The notes beneath the pieces were generated by a model. It had not been told where the DNA came from. It saw only the letters and a list, made by a program, of their open reading frames with translations, and searched no databases. A program made the translations under genes and the position numbers. Positions 30,188-41,273 of a DNA stretch of 64,000 nucleotides are shown here, one piece after another; the stretch's first letter is position 1; each line of letters opens with the position of its first letter. The stretch is from Candidatus Melainabacteria bacterium (GTDB lineage: Bacteria; Cyanobacteriota; Vampirovibrionia; Vampirovibrionales; JAJTHC01), in contig JANRKP010000024.1 in NCBI GenBank assembly GCA_033763415.1, positions 2,587-66,586 on the forward strand, given 5' to 3'.

Positions 30188-31435
30188 CTAGCGAGGCTTG
30201 ATGACTTCCATTGTTATTTTAGCCACCCCAGAGCCCAGCAAGCCAATGGCAGATGCAGCCCCACGAGAGAGATCCAGAATGCGATGGCCCGAATAAGGAC
30301 CACGGTCCGTAATTTCTACCACACAGGAACGGCCCGTGCGCTGATTGGTGACCTTGACCTTTGTGCCAAATGGCAGCGTTCGATGCGCAGCCGTTAAACC
30401 GTGCATGTCAAAGCGGCGGCCACTGGCTGTTCGACGGCCATGGAAGCCAGGACCGTACCAAGACGCCATTCCCACTTGTCGACGACCCGTTACCCGATAG
30501 GAGCCCGGATCCAAGAGTCCCTGAGCAGGCTTTGAAGCAGACAACGTACCAGCCTGAGGCTGTGCCTCGCTACGTTTCGCTGCGTCTGATGGCGTCGACT
30601 GGCTGTCATCCACATTCTTACCCGTAGAAGAAGACGGCTTTTGCGACGGAGCAACAACTTGTGCACCTTCTAGCGGCAGAACACCAAATGCTTGGCGAAT
30701 GTGGTTGACCCATACAAAACCTAACTTTTGAGGCGTCGTTCCCGCTTCCGTAGCGGTTTTAGCATCCAACAGCAACAGACGAACCGGCTCACCTGATGCG
30801 GTTGCACCATTAACCACTGCCTGAGTGGCCTTGGGTCCTTCAGGAAATACGCGAATCGCCGCAGGATCGTGACCTTGTTGAATGTAAAGCGCCAAACGAT
30901 GGGCCAGCACCTTGGCTCGGTTCAAGGGAGACAGGCCGTTTAGTGGCGAGCGAAAACGCACCACCTCTTGACGGTTAATGAAAACGCTGGCGTGCTGGCT
31001 GTTTTCCCAGGTATTGCGAACCCGAATCACAAAAGAGTCGTTATTGGGACTCGTCACCACGTAGCGGTTAGGCAATAGGGCAGGGTTTTCGGATGCCTCC
31101 GAAGAGGGGAAAGCTGTTTGCTTCTCATCCGTAGCGATAGAAGACTCTGCGGCACCGGCAGTAGACTGTCGGGCCGACTTGGAAGAAGTGGACGGCGTTG
31201 TTGCGCCATTTACCTTCCGCGCAGACTCTCTGCTGCTCACTGCTTCCGTGCGGTGTCTTTCAGTAGAAGACTCCAATGCATCAGACGACGGCCTTTCCGA
31301 GACGGAAGAGCGACCATTGACACCATCTACTGGCTTTTCAGCAGCCTGGGCCGACTGAATCCCAACTATTTTCAGTAAAACAAGCGTTAAAAGGGTAAAG
31401 AAAACAAAGTAGTTCTGTTGTTTTGAGCCGAACAA
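30188..31435 (-). CDS. RlpA-like (rare lipoprotein A family, DPBB domain) protein with a signal peptide and a Ser-rich linker
   Basis: C-terminal GMASWYGPGFHGRRTASGRRFDMHGLTAAHRTLPFGTKVKVTNQRTGRSCVVEITDRGPY is the RlpA double-psi beta-barrel signature. Confidence 0.75.
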   Translation of the reverse strand: MFGSKQQNYFVFFTLLTLVLLKIVGIQSAQAAEKPVDGVNGRSSVSERPSSDALESSTERHRTEAVSSRESARKVNGATTPSTSSKSARQSTAGAAESSIATDEKQTAFPSSEASENPALLPNRYVVTSPNNDSFVIRVRNTWENSQHASVFINRQEVVRFRSPLNGLSPLNRAKVLAHRLALYIQQGHDPAAIRVFPEGPKATQAVVNGATASGEPVRLLLLDAKTATEAGTTPQKLGFVWVNHIRQAFGVLPLEGAQVVAPSQKPSSSTGKNVDDSQSTPSDAAKRSEAQPQAGTLSASKPAQGLLDPGSYRVTGRRQVGMASWYGPGFHGRRTASGRRFDMHGLTAAHRTLPFGTKVKVTNQRTGRSCVVEITDRGPYSGHRILDLSRGAASAIGLLGSGVAKITMEVIKPR

Positions 31436-31584
31436 AGCTGATTCCTCCTTACTAGGGCTATCTTCGAGCCTGTTTTGGCTTGTTCAATAAAAAATTGAAC
31501 CCTTTATAACTACACCAAGCTCGTTGGAATTGCCAAGCCAAACTTTGAATGAATCCGCCCAACAGACGATTATTTTACGTTTGT

Positions 31585-33525
31585 TCATAAAACAGGCCAT
31601 AAAGCCAACATCCAGGAAAGGCCCGCACCCACTAAAAACGCTAACATCCAGGAAGCTAAAAGGGTAAAACTACTTTCTAGTGGGCCTCTTTCCTTCCAAA
31701 TGACTGAAGCAGAAGCGATACACGGAACAAACAAGGTGATAACCACCAAACTAACCAGTATTTGCAAGGGAGACATCCCGTCAGAAAGGCTGTAAAGGCC
31801 CGCCACACCAAAATCTCGCCGAACCATTCCCATAATAAACACCTGCCCCAGTTCGGAAGGCAGCCGCAAACCACTCGCCACCAGGGGCGAAAGCATCGTC
31901 TGCAAGAGCTGAAAGAGACCGGTTAACTGCAGCATCGATACAAGAAAAGAGCCCACAATAAACACTGGAAGCGTGTCCAACAGGAATGCTTTACTTCTCA
32001 GCCAGGTTTTTTTAAAGATATTACTAAGGTTTGGCAGCCGAAGCGGGGGTAAATCTAAAACCAGGGGCGCAGATTGACCAGGCAGTACGTACTGAAGCAC
32101 ACTGCCTATGACCGTAAAAACCAGAAACAGCACCAGTAAAAACAGTAGCCAAATGCCAAAGCCACCTACTTTTGCCATTAAGCCCACAATAACAGCCAAT
32201 TGCGCCGAACAAGGAATCGTAATCGCCAGAAGAACAGAGGCAATGGTTCGTTCGCGTTGCGTGGTTAGTAGCCGTGTAGCAATGCTCGCCATGGTGACAC
32301 AGCCAAGCCCCAGTATCATTGGGATAATTGCCCGACCATTCAACCCAACTCGTCTCAAGAAGCCATCCATGAGCACAGCCACTCTCGGCAACACACCACT
32401 ATCCTCTAACAGGGATAGATACAAATAAAAACCAACAACCAGGGGAAGCATAACGCCTAGCACGTACTGAGGCGTCATCGTCAGCAGGCCGAACTCACCG
32501 ACCAACAGTGTATAAACAAAGCTATCTTTGGGAAAAAATATTTCCGCGTAGGCTTGAATAGCAGGAATGACGGTTGCGAGCAGAATTTTATTTTCTAAAA
32601 AATCCACCAAATCGCCCGCCACCCAAACACCCACCACCTGGTACAGCGTGAGTAAAATGAGAATCAGCGCCAAAAAGCCGCCCACAGGGCTGAGGAGCTG
32701 CGCCCCTAGCCAGGCAGAAAGACTGCGAGAGGAGGTTAAACTGTGTGTGCTTAACACCTGAGATAACACCACATTAACGTAATGCCGACGCAGCCCATAA
32801 AGATGCAACCGCTGTGCAGGATTTGATTTTTCAACAGCACGTAAGCCTTCTCCTGTTGGAGAACCGGGGGTTGTATTTCCGGCTGAAGCCTTTTCTAGAG
32901 AGTGAATTACCCGTTCTTTAACACCGCCTTGAGTGGCAACCACAGGAATAACGGGCACTCCCAAGCGCTCAGAGAGTGTCTCTACATCAATCTTCTGGCC
33001 ACTATTCTCAAGTTCATCCATTTGGTTAAGCAATACAATGAGCGGCTTTCCCCAATCAATAAGCTGTTGCGTCAAAAACAGATCCCGAGCCAGCGTCACA
33101 GCGGATACCACATTAATTACCTGTATGGCTTTCCATAGAGCGGCCTCTGCTACACGTTCTTCATCTGTATCGCCAGCCAAACCATAGACTCCAGGGGTAT
33201 CTTCCACCCTCCAAGGGGTGGTTAAGGCAGAATCTTCCATCGTGCCCCAGGGAACATCGAGCGTGGTGCCCGGAAAATTTGAAACCTGCGTGTATTGCCC
33301 CGTCAGTTGGTGGAAAACGACCGATTTGCCAACGTTTGGGTTACCGACCAACACCAGCGAGCGAAAACGTTCAGACAAAGGGACTTCCTCGTCGTTTGGA
33401 CTCTGATTTATTGTTGAATTGCGCATTTCCGGTCTATCCACATCCGGGCCGTACAGTAGCAAGTCTGGTTCCATCTGGCTAGATGGTGGCAACGGCTCCC
33501 CCACAGGAATAGGATAGTGTGCCAT
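31585..33525 (-). CDS. feoB: Ferrous iron transport protein B
   Basis: N-terminal G domain (GNPNVGKS, DTPG) and the polytopic FeoB membrane domain. The N-terminal extension before the G1 motif is about 55 aa. Confidence 0.9.
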   Translation of the reverse strand: MAHYPIPVGEPLPPSSQMEPDLLLYGPDVDRPEMRNSTINQSPNDEEVPLSERFRSLVLVGNPNVGKSVVFHQLTGQYTQVSNFPGTTLDVPWGTMEDSALTTPWRVEDTPGVYGLAGDTDEERVAEAALWKAIQVINVVSAVTLARDLFLTQQLIDWGKPLIVLLNQMDELENSGQKIDVETLSERLGVPVIPVVATQGGVKERVIHSLEKASAGNTTPGSPTGEGLRAVEKSNPAQRLHLYGLRRHYVNVVLSQVLSTHSLTSSRSLSAWLGAQLLSPVGGFLALILILLTLYQVVGVWVAGDLVDFLENKILLATVIPAIQAYAEIFFPKDSFVYTLLVGEFGLLTMTPQYVLGVMLPLVVGFYLYLSLLEDSGVLPRVAVLMDGFLRRVGLNGRAIIPMILGLGCVTMASIATRLLTTQRERTIASVLLAITIPCSAQLAVIVGLMAKVGGFGIWLLFLLVLFLVFTVIGSVLQYVLPGQSAPLVLDLPPLRLPNLSNIFKKTWLRSKAFLLDTLPVFIVGSFLVSMLQLTGLFQLLQTMLSPLVASGLRLPSELGQVFIMGMVRRDFGVAGLYSLSDGMSPLQILVSLVVITLFVPCIASASVIWKERGPLESSFTLLASWMLAFLVGAGLSWMLALWPVL

Positions 33526-33528
33526 AGT

Positions 33529-33837
33529 TCAACGTCTCTCTGGTTGTGGCTGAACAAAAATATGATCACACAACGCTCGACCCAAAGCCACTTCCATAGG
33601 CCCCATACGAAGCACCAACGGGCCACCGGCGGGCAATTTGGCCTGTATGAGAAACTGAGAGGCAGGCAAAATACCAAACTGCAACGCCTGGAGCTGAACC
33701 TCCGTGGTTTCAATGCGGTTTACACAAACCGTTTGCCCTACCAAACAGTCTGATAGGCAAAAAACAGACTCTTTCGGCGCTTCTGGCGCAGAAAATGCCG
33801 GACTCGGAGGCGATTCGTCGCAGTTTGACAACATCAT
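33529..33837 (-). CDS. feoA: FeoA-like small SH3-fold protein. The start is probably internal or non-ATG.
   Basis: LSDCLVGQTVCVNRIE...GILPASQFLIQAKLPAGGPLVLRMGPMEVALGRALCDHIFV matches the FeoA pattern. Immediately 5' of feoB. Confidence 0.6.
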   Translation of the reverse strand: MMLSNCDESPPSPAFSAPEAPKESVFCLSDCLVGQTVCVNRIETTEVQLQALQFGILPASQFLIQAKLPAGGPLVLRMGPMEVALGRALCDHIFVQPQPERR

Positions 33838-35684
33838 TTGATATTCAGGTTTTCCTTGCGAAGGCGAATATTTTTGGGTGTCACCTCCATCAGCTCGTCT
33901 GGACCAATAAAGTCCAAACCAAACTCCAGGGTGAGTTCCACCGGCTTATCCAGGCCATCCAGCACCTCTGCACCGGCGCTACGCATGTTGGTTAGCTTTT
34001 TAGCCTTGCACACGTTAATGACCAAGTCTTGCTGGCGGCTGTGCTCGCCCACCACCATTCCGCGATAGACCGTCGTTTTAGGATCAATGAAAAAGACCCC
34101 GCGATCTTCCAGGCCTTTAATCGCGTAAGCCGTTGCCTCGCCTGGCTCGTGGGCAATCAGGGCCCCGTTTCGCATCGTGCCAACCTCACCCACCCACGGC
34201 ATATAGCCGCTAAAGGAGTGAGTCATCATTCCCTGGCCGCGGGTTAGACGGATAAATTCGCTCCTAAAGCCCAAAAGTCCGCGCGAAGGTGCCTTAAACG
34301 TAATGAGCGTTCGGCCTCCTTCGGCCTGCATATTCTGGAGTTCCGCCTTTCGTCTGGATAAGCGCTCGATACAGGTACCGGCAACCTCTTCAGGCACATC
34401 CAAAACCAACTCCTCAAACGGCTCGTGCACTTCGCCATTCAAGGTTTGCGTCAATACTTCGGGCTTACTGACCTGAAACTCATAGCCTTCCCGACGCATG
34501 GTTTCAATCAGGATGGTGAGGTGCAACTCGCCACGACCGCTGACAATAAAACATTCCGTGGTGGGGCCGTCTTCCACCCGAAGACTGACGTTGGTCTTGG
34601 CCTCTCGCCACAAGCGATCTTTCAGCTGGCGCGAGGTGACAAACTGACCCTCGCGGCCCGCAAGCGGACTATTGTTGACCGAGAACGTCATTTTCAGCGT
34701 GGGTTCTTCTATCGTAATCATCGGACGAGGCTCTGGCGTGTCAGTCGCCGTGAGAGTTTCGCCAATTTGGGCATCCGGCAGACCGGCCACGGCCACAATA
34801 TCGCCCGCTGAAGCCGATTCCACTTCCAGCCGTTTGAGACCGTGAAAGCCAAACAGCTTGCTCACACGGTGTTGGCCCACCGAACCATCTCGACGAACGA
34901 GACTGACGGTTTGTCCTACGTTGATGGTGCCGCGATGAATCCGTCCAATAACAATTCGGCCCAGATAGTCATTGTAATCCAACGTGGAGACCTGAATTTG
35001 CAGCGGACGGTTTTGTTCGCCCGGTGGTGGCGGTACATGCGTAAGCATGGCCTGAAACAGCGGTGAGAGGTCCTCAAACGTGCTGAGGTCCGGCGTTAAA
35101 GAGGCCGTTCCCTGAAGCCCACAGGCATACACCACGGGAAAGTGCAGCTGATCTTCGTCAGCTCCCAGCTCAATGAATAAATCCAGCACCCGATCGACCG
35201 CTCTGGAGGGATCCGCAGCGGGCCGATCCATTTTGTTGACAACCACCAGAATATTGAGCCCCAACGACAATGCTTTTCTCAACACAAAGCGGGTTTGTGG
35301 CATTGGGCCTTCTACTGCATCCACCACCAGCAAGGCGCCATCTACCATGGTCAGCACGCGCTCCACCTCGCCAGAAAAATCGGCGTGGCCCGGCGTATCC
35401 AAAATGTTGATTTTTGTGTCCTGGTAAAACACGGCGGTGTTTTTGGCCAAAATGGTAATGCCGCGCTCGCGCTCCAGGTCGTGAGAATCCATGGCGCGTT
35501 CCGTCACAGACTCATTGTCTCGGTAAACGCCGCTTTGCCGAAATAGACTATCGACCAGCGTCGTTTTACCATGATCTACGTGGGCAATAATGGCCACGTT
35601 ACGAATGGACGCATTGACCGTAGCATCCGCAAACGGAGTAGGGGGCGAGGGCAATTGAGACATCATCACGGCGGCGGTATCCAA
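33834..35684 (-). CDS. typA: Translational GTPase TypA/BipA
   Basis: [23 protein letters not shown] and EF-G-like domains. The ORF-track start is TTG. A likely ATG lies at 35666. The stop overlaps the feoA start by 4 bp. Confidence 0.9.
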   Translation of the reverse strand: MDTAAVMMSQLPSPPTPFADATVNASIRNVAIIAHVDHGKTTLVDSLFRQSGVYRDNESVTERAMDSHDLERERGITILAKNTAVFYQDTKINILDTPGHADFSGEVERVLTMVDGALLVVDAVEGPMPQTRFVLRKALSLGLNILVVVNKMDRPAADPSRAVDRVLDLFIELGADEDQLHFPVVYACGLQGTASLTPDLSTFEDLSPLFQAMLTHVPPPPGEQNRPLQIQVSTLDYNDYLGRIVIGRIHRGTINVGQTVSLVRRDGSVGQHRVSKLFGFHGLKRLEVESASAGDIVAVAGLPDAQIGETLTATDTPEPRPMITIEEPTLKMTFSVNNSPLAGREGQFVTSRQLKDRLWREAKTNVSLRVEDGPTTECFIVSGRGELHLTILIETMRREGYEFQVSKPEVLTQTLNGEVHEPFEELVLDVPEEVAGTCIERLSRRKAELQNMQAEGGRTLITFKAPSRGLLGFRSEFIRLTRGQGMMTHSFSGYMPWVGEVGTMRNGALIAHEPGEATAYAIKGLEDRGVFFIDPKTTVYRGMVVGEHSRQQDLVINVCKAKKLTNMRSAGAEVLDGLDKPVELTLEFGLDFIGPDELMEVTPKNIRLRKENLNIK

Positions 35685-37330
35685 TCTGGGGGGGGGTAAC
35701 GGCAGGAACTCACAACGGGTAAGGAATGCAAACTTTAGGACTTTAATCTTTAGGACTTTAAATATCGAGTATCAGTCAGTAAACACAAGCAGGTGGGCAA
35801 CAAAACTGGCGCAAATAGCATGCGGACCGATTAAAGGAGCGTAGCCCCCTCAACAACCGGTCACAATCCAACCGGTACAGAGAGAACCAGCCGAACGCAG
35901 GACGTGCGAATGGGCATTCGCTGTTGACACAGTGAAACCCAACACGCCGCATTTATTTCCTGTTGAACCCAGTTGTACGAATAAATATTGCAGTTTGGGC
36001 CAAGGGTTGGCTATGAATGGGGGCGGAGGGTTTTTACATTGTGATTGAAGCACAAACAAACCAAAAGGCGGCAAACAAAAACCCTGCAACAAATAAGCTG
36101 CAAATAAAAAGCCCGACGGATGAAACATACATACCGCCGGGTCGAATCAACTGGCACTCTGAAACACAATTGAAGAGAAGGAGAGAGATGAGATAAAAAC
36201 AAGAAGCGGAAATCAGAAAAAATCAATCAAACTCTGGCAGTCAGTAGCCATCGCCTTTTGTAGAAGGCAGAGAAACCACCACCGACTTGAAAGACTATTC
36301 CCGAGCGGGAACGCCACTGCTGGCAGACAAACTTAAAAAACTGGTGTCGGGCTTCCACTTGGGCCAACTTGTTGGGCTAAGCAGTTGGGCTAGCACTGGT
36401 AGCCTGTGGAATGACAAAGCGGAACCAAAATACTGACGAACGATCTCAAAAGTTGGCCTCAAAAGTTGGCCTCACAACAGGGCCTGTTTGGCCTGCAGGA
36501 CTGACGAACGATCGGTCTGCGGGTTCAGTGTGCTCGCCATCTGGCTTGCTGTCCCCCACATAAACGGTATCGGTCGCCTCCTCCATTTGCTTGAACTGAA
36601 TCGTCTATATGTAACAAAACGTAAATAGATGCGTCTCATTTCCCGGTTTTTTGGGCAGAGGGGACCCAGAACGATGGGTTTTTCTGTGAGTGTTTGTAAC
36701 AATTTAGAGCACGCATGAGGCATTGGCGGCACAATGCCTCTTTCATCATGTTTTTTGACTGTGTTACCATCCCATACAATTCAACAAATTTTGTGAAAAG
36801 AAATCTGTTGAAAGAAATGGCTGAACTGTTTTTGGACGCCTGTTTTTTACTTTGTTTTCGGGATTGCCCCTGGAAACGGAAAGTGTTGTAACCCACCATG
36901 CCGAAGTCGATTCTACACCTCGCAAAACCATTTCGACGACGACGACGATCGCTGACACCGGAATCGGTACAGGGTTACAAGCTTCCTTGCCAGGTTTTAC
37001 GGGGATCGCACACCATTTGCCACTCGGGTTAAACCCCTAAGCGGCACGCCCAACTAGAGCAGCAGTCTGCACGAACGGGCCAATCCCCCTAACACAGCTT
37101 CCTCCCTGACACCGATTTTGGGTTAGGGTGTGTTTTGCTATGGATGCTTCTCCCACTGCACCGAATCCCCATCTTGCGTCTCGGGGGGGGGGGTAACAGA
37201 CCCCCATACAAAGCGGCACACCCAAAGCCAAAACACAATGTCCCTCTCCCAAGTCTCTCGTCCACGCCTTTCCAGCCCGGCATTTGTACCCTGACCCGAA
37301 TTGTATTGCGCAAAGGATTGTTAACTCGCC
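35685..37330. other. Long non-coding region with internal direct repeats and flanking G-homopolymer tracts
   Basis: No ORF longer than 105 aa. Tandem tcaaaagttggcctca x2 and ctgacgaacgatc x2 at 36430 to 36520. A G9 tract at 35688..35696 and a G11 tract at 37183..37193, each followed by taac. Confidence 0.5.
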
Positions 37331-39333
37331 ATATGGGCATGCTTGCACCCATTATCTTTAACCCTGTTTCCTCCCGGCTGTACTCCATCCTGGATGGCCA
37401 GAGCATGCTGGCCCTGGTTGCAAGAGACGGCCTGGACAGCTTTAGCCGTATTCAGTGGGAAATGAAGCGCAGCAAGCTCGGCGGCCAGGAACAGATCCGA
37501 ACCGAGGTGCTAACCGCCCTGATTTGGGGCTTTGGCATGAAGGTGCAAGAGGCCATTTACGACGGGGTGGCCAAAATGGGTGGCTTTACCCACACGGATT
37601 TAAGCCACAAGATTTTTAACGACAAGGTTCAAAAACTCACGCCCGATGTGGTGAAAAACTGCCTCAAGCCCGAAGCGGCAGAAAAATTGCTCAAAGTACT
37701 GGAAACCCCTTTTCCGTATGGGTTGTCCTGGTTTGGAAGGCTGCTGTTTGCCGCCGTCATTCCCGCCTGCGCTATTGGCTTTGGTGTTCCGCGCATTAAC
37801 CACTACTTTACCCGTATGGCGCTGCAACAAGAACAAGCACACACCGCCGCGTCCACCCAAGCGCGGCAACCCGTGCCATTTAGCACACAAGCTCCCCGCC
37901 CCACGGCGCCTCAAGCCTTGCAGGGCATGCCACCACTAACCGGCGCATCCCCCCACGCCTTTGCGTTAAACAGCCCTTTTCTGCCACTAAACGGCACGCA
38001 ACCCAACCTGGCAGGCGTCTCCATGCCACCGCTCGCCTCTGCCGGGTGGATGACGAACACGGACAGCCCTTTCAACAATAGTGCTTTTGCCATACCGGCA
38101 GGACGCTTTGGACGCTCAGACAATACGGCGCCCGACCCATCGCTTCGGTTTGGGGCCGGTGTGGCGGAAGAAATGATGAAAGTACTGCACCCGCAAAACC
38201 TGCTAAGCAACGAAAAAACCAGAAACCTATACGGCATTGACGCCTGGCTGAGTGGTGGCCGGATTATTACGGCCAGAAACTGGAAAGAGCGGCTCGAATG
38301 GACCATTCGCGAAGGCATTATGGTGTTTATGCTGTTTGTGGGCACGGATATGCTCAACAACATGTTTAAGCAAGGCATTCAAAAAATGTTTGGCACCGCC
38401 CAAAACATGGGGCTGGATTTTAAAGTATTTGAGCAGGTGCAGCGGCAATTCACCCAAAACGGCAAAACCAACCTGGCGGCTTTTCAGCAACAGTACGGCA
38501 CGGCGTTAAAGCATTTACTGGGAGAGCACGAGGCCGACATTGCCAAGGCCGGATCGGTTGAAAAGTTTTTAGAAAGCCTGGAAGGCCAAGCGGGCGAAAA
38601 GGAAACCAAAATCCTGGGCAACCTGGTTACGAAAGCCCGGCAGTACTTTTCTCAGCATCAAATTATGGAAGGCCACCACTTTAAGGCCGAAGGCGCCCAA
38701 CGCAACCTCATTTTAGATCTGGCCGCCCAGTGCGATCATATTCCCATTCAGCGGCCCTTTTGGTACCGGTTACTGCCGGTCGCCACGCCCAAGCTGGAAA
38801 ATTCCACCGGTATTCTACTCCACCGGGAGGTGGACACCGAAGGCATGAGCGCTTTAATCAAGGGCCTGGAGCGTCTAAAACTGGCCGCCGACACCCAGGG
38901 AGAAAAAGCCTTTACCCAGCTCATTACCCATTCTCGTTGGGGCAAGCTCGGCGCGTTGTTCTTTGCCTACGGCACCAGCTTCCTCATTATGGGCAACCTC
39001 ATTCCGTGGATTCAGCACGCTGTGACCCGGATGAATTCTGGCGGGCGGGATATTTTCCCCGGCATTGAAGGCCAAGTGCCCGAAGGGTCGCTGTCTACAG
39101 AAACCAAAGCACCGAAGAAGGCCCAAAACAGTCCACCCGCGTCAGCGGCAGTGGCTCCATTTAACCCTGCCGGTTTCAAGCCCCCTCATCTCGGGATCAA
39201 TCCGGTATCTTACGGCCCGTTGCTTCCATTGCCTCCACTAGCCGGAACACAAGCCGCGCCCGCCTACCCTGTCAACAGCACGCGTTCCTCTCTCCCCCCA
39301 ATGTGGGTTTCTAATCCGGCCGTGCAGCGCTAG
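37135..39333 (+). CDS. large hypothetical protein with a Pro-rich C-terminus. The real start is probably near 37333.
   Basis: Long ORF. The first 60 codons span the G11 tract and look non-coding. No known domain. Confidence 0.45.
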   Translation: MLWMLLPLHRIPILRLGGGGNRPPYKAAHPKPKHNVPLPSLSSTPFQPGICTLTRIVLRKGLLTRHMGMLAPIIFNPVSSRLYSILDGQSMLALVARDGLDSFSRIQWEMKRSKLGGQEQIRTEVLTALIWGFGMKVQEAIYDGVAKMGGFTHTDLSHKIFNDKVQKLTPDVVKNCLKPEAAEKLLKVLETPFPYGLSWFGRLLFAAVIPACAIGFGVPRINHYFTRMALQQEQAHTAASTQARQPVPFSTQAPRPTAPQALQGMPPLTGASPHAFALNSPFLPLNGTQPNLAGVSMPPLASAGWMTNTDSPFNNSAFAIPAGRFGRSDNTAPDPSLRFGAGVAEEMMKVLHPQNLLSNEKTRNLYGIDAWLSGGRIITARNWKERLEWTIREGIMVFMLFVGTDMLNNMFKQGIQKMFGTAQNMGLDFKVFEQVQRQFTQNGKTNLAAFQQQYGTALKHLLGEHEADIAKAGSVEKFLESLEGQAGEKETKILGNLVTKARQYFSQHQIMEGHHFKAEGAQRNLILDLAAQCDHIPIQRPFWYRLLPVATPKLENSTGILLHREVDTEGMSALIKGLERLKLAADTQGEKAFTQLITHSRWGKLGALFFAYGTSFLIMGNLIPWIQHAVTRMNSGGRDIFPGIEGQVPEGSLSTETKAPKKAQNSPPASAAVAPFNPAGFKPPHLGINPVSYGPLLPLPPLAGTQAAPAYPVNSTRSSLPPMWVSNPAVQR

Positions 39334-39551
39334 AATAGAATCGTTCGCGGACTAAACCATTGGTTATAACAACCCGCTCACAAACCGTTGGGCTGGAAGC
39401 ATACTCCAGAAAAACGCGCTGACCAGCCATTATGACGCGGTGTGTTGTTTGCGACCTTAGTAGTTTACGATCGTAAAAGACGTGACCGCTTGGATTTTTC
39501 TGTGTAAACGGTCACTGTAAACGGCCCCTGGCACTGGATGAAACCACGGCT

Positions 39552-41273
39552 ATGAAACTGATTGCCAACCTGGCCAACGTCGATGCCCAAGCCAAGGATG
39601 GCTGCAAACTGCCCGGCGTGTTGCTCATGGATCGCGCGGCGCAGGCTGTGGCGCAACAGGTGCTATCTCTGTGGGCAACAACCTATTCGGGTCAGTACGC
39701 CAGGGCAAAACGCGGCGTGATTATTCTCTGTGGCCCGGGCAACAACGGTGGCGATGGCTACGGTTGCGCACGGCATTTGCTGCAAGCGGGCGTGGACCCC
39801 GTTTTTATATTGGATTGGGCGACCCCCCAACGCCTGAGCGAAGAGGCGCGCCTGCACGAGCAAATGCTTTACTGGTGGGAGCAGCAAGCCCCCTCGCCGC
39901 TGCGTAGGCAGCAATGGTCAGCCGACTCCCCGGAACTCCCGCCTGACTGGCTGGAACAAAGCACTGTGGTGGTAGACGCTCTGTTTGGCAGTGGGTTGTC
40001 TCGCCCACTGGAAGGGGCGGTGGCCGCATTGTTTTTGCAACTCGCCCAGTGGCGACAGGCCCAAGCACACCGCCAAATTGTGGCCGTCGATTTACCCTCT
40101 GGCATAGACAGCCTGACGGGAGAACGCCTGGGCGCCTCCTTAACTGCCGATTGCACAGTTACCTTTGCAACCGGAAAACCCGGGCTGTACCTGTACCCGG
40201 GCAAAAGCGACGCCGGAACGGTTTCTGTTGCCGATATTGGCATTCCTCAAGCTTTGATCGATCGCGAGCCCAGCCCCTACCAACTGCTCACGCCGTCACT
40301 CATTGCTCAGGGCCTTCCACACCGGCCCGCAGACGCCCACAAATACCAGTTAGGACACGTGTTGGTGGTGGCGGGTAGTTTTTCAATGCCCGGGGCGGCC
40401 GTGTTATCTTCAACCGCCGCCTTGCGGGCGGGAGCTGGGTTGGTCACATTGGCCATGCCAATTGCCGCACTGGGACAAAGCCATCTTCCGGCAGAAATCA
40501 TGCGCCTGCCCCTGCCCGAAATCGAAGATTGTCCTGGCGTACTAACCCCTGAACACATTCCAGCCATTTTAGAGCGGGTGGAATCCGGCAAAGTGAACGG
40601 GTTGCTAATGGGCCCGGGGTTGGGCCGACACCCACAAACCACCAAAGCCATACTAGCACTGCTCAACGCGCTCAAAGCCTGGAACGGTGGCGCATTTTCC
40701 GGCACAGTGGTACTGGATGGCGATGCCCTGTGGGCGCTCGGTACGCTGGAAAATCCGACCGCGCAGCTAGGCAACAACGTGGTACTAACACCGCACCTTG
40801 GGGAGTTTAATCGCTTGGTCAAAGAAACGGCTTCCGCTACAGCGCCCGTGCATCGCCTCCGGCAGGCAGCCGAACGCACGGACGCCCTTTGGGTGCTGAA
40901 AACTGCGGTGAATTTGGTTGCCCAACGGCAGTTGGCCAAAGAGCTAACAGAGCCAACACCGAACGTTCAAATCACCCTTAGCCCCTACGGTAACGCGGGT
41001 ATGGCCACCGCCGGTAGCGGAGACATACTGGCCGGGTTAATTGCGGGCCTCTGTGCGCAATCTCCCTTGCTGGCGCATAGGAGAGATTACCATCAAACGG
41101 TGCTGGCTGCCGTTGGGCTGCACGGTTTGGCCGGGGACGCCGCCGCAACAAAACAGGGCCGCCGAAGCCTTGTTGCCAGTGATTTAATAGCGCAGCTACC
41201 CGAAATACTGCATCGGTTTGAACCCGCGCCTTCAGAAGCGAAACAACGGACTGCGGAGATCCAGGGGTCATGA
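39552..41273 (+). CDS. nnr: Bifunctional NAD(P)H-hydrate repair enzyme (YjeF-N epimerase plus YjeF-C dehydratase)
   Basis: YjeF-N motif ILCGPGNNGGDGYGCARHL. YjeF-C carbohydrate-kinase fold (GHVLVVAGSFSMPGAAVLSSTAALRAGAGLVTL, GSGDILAG). Confidence 0.85.
   Translation: MKLIANLANVDAQAKDGCKLPGVLLMDRAAQAVAQQVLSLWATTYSGQYARAKRGVIILCGPGNNGGDGYGCARHLLQAGVDPVFILDWATPQRLSEEARLHEQMLYWWEQQAPSPLRRQQWSADSPELPPDWLEQSTVVVDALFGSGLSRPLEGAVAALFLQLAQWRQAQAHRQIVAVDLPSGIDSLTGERLGASLTADCTVTFATGKPGLYLYPGKSDAGTVSVADIGIPQALIDREPSPYQLLTPSLIAQGLPHRPADAHKYQLGHVLVVAGSFSMPGAAVLSSTAALRAGAGLVTLAMPIAALGQSHLPAEIMRLPLPEIEDCPGVLTPEHIPAILERVESGKVNGLLMGPGLGRHPQTTKAILALLNALKAWNGGAFSGTVVLDGDALWALGTLENPTAQLGNNVVLTPHLGEFNRLVKETASATAPVHRLRQAAERTDALWVLKTAVNLVAQRQLAKELTEPTPNVQITLSPYGNAGMATAGSGDILAGLIAGLCAQSPLLAHRRDYHQTVLAAVGLHGLAGDAAATKQGRRSLVASDLIAQLPEILHRFEPAPSEAKQRTAEIQGS

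Noticed and set aside
31677-33482. Multiple plus-strand and minus-strand small ORFs within feoB
   Set aside because: They are nested in or antisense to the 646-aa FeoB gene, which has G-domain and gate motifs. Spurious.
37135-37332. N-terminal 66 codons of the 732-aa ORF, including the G11 tract (RLGGGGNRPP)
   Set aside because: They probably form a non-coding leader. The frame merely stays open through the homopolymer, and the ATG at 37333 is a better start.
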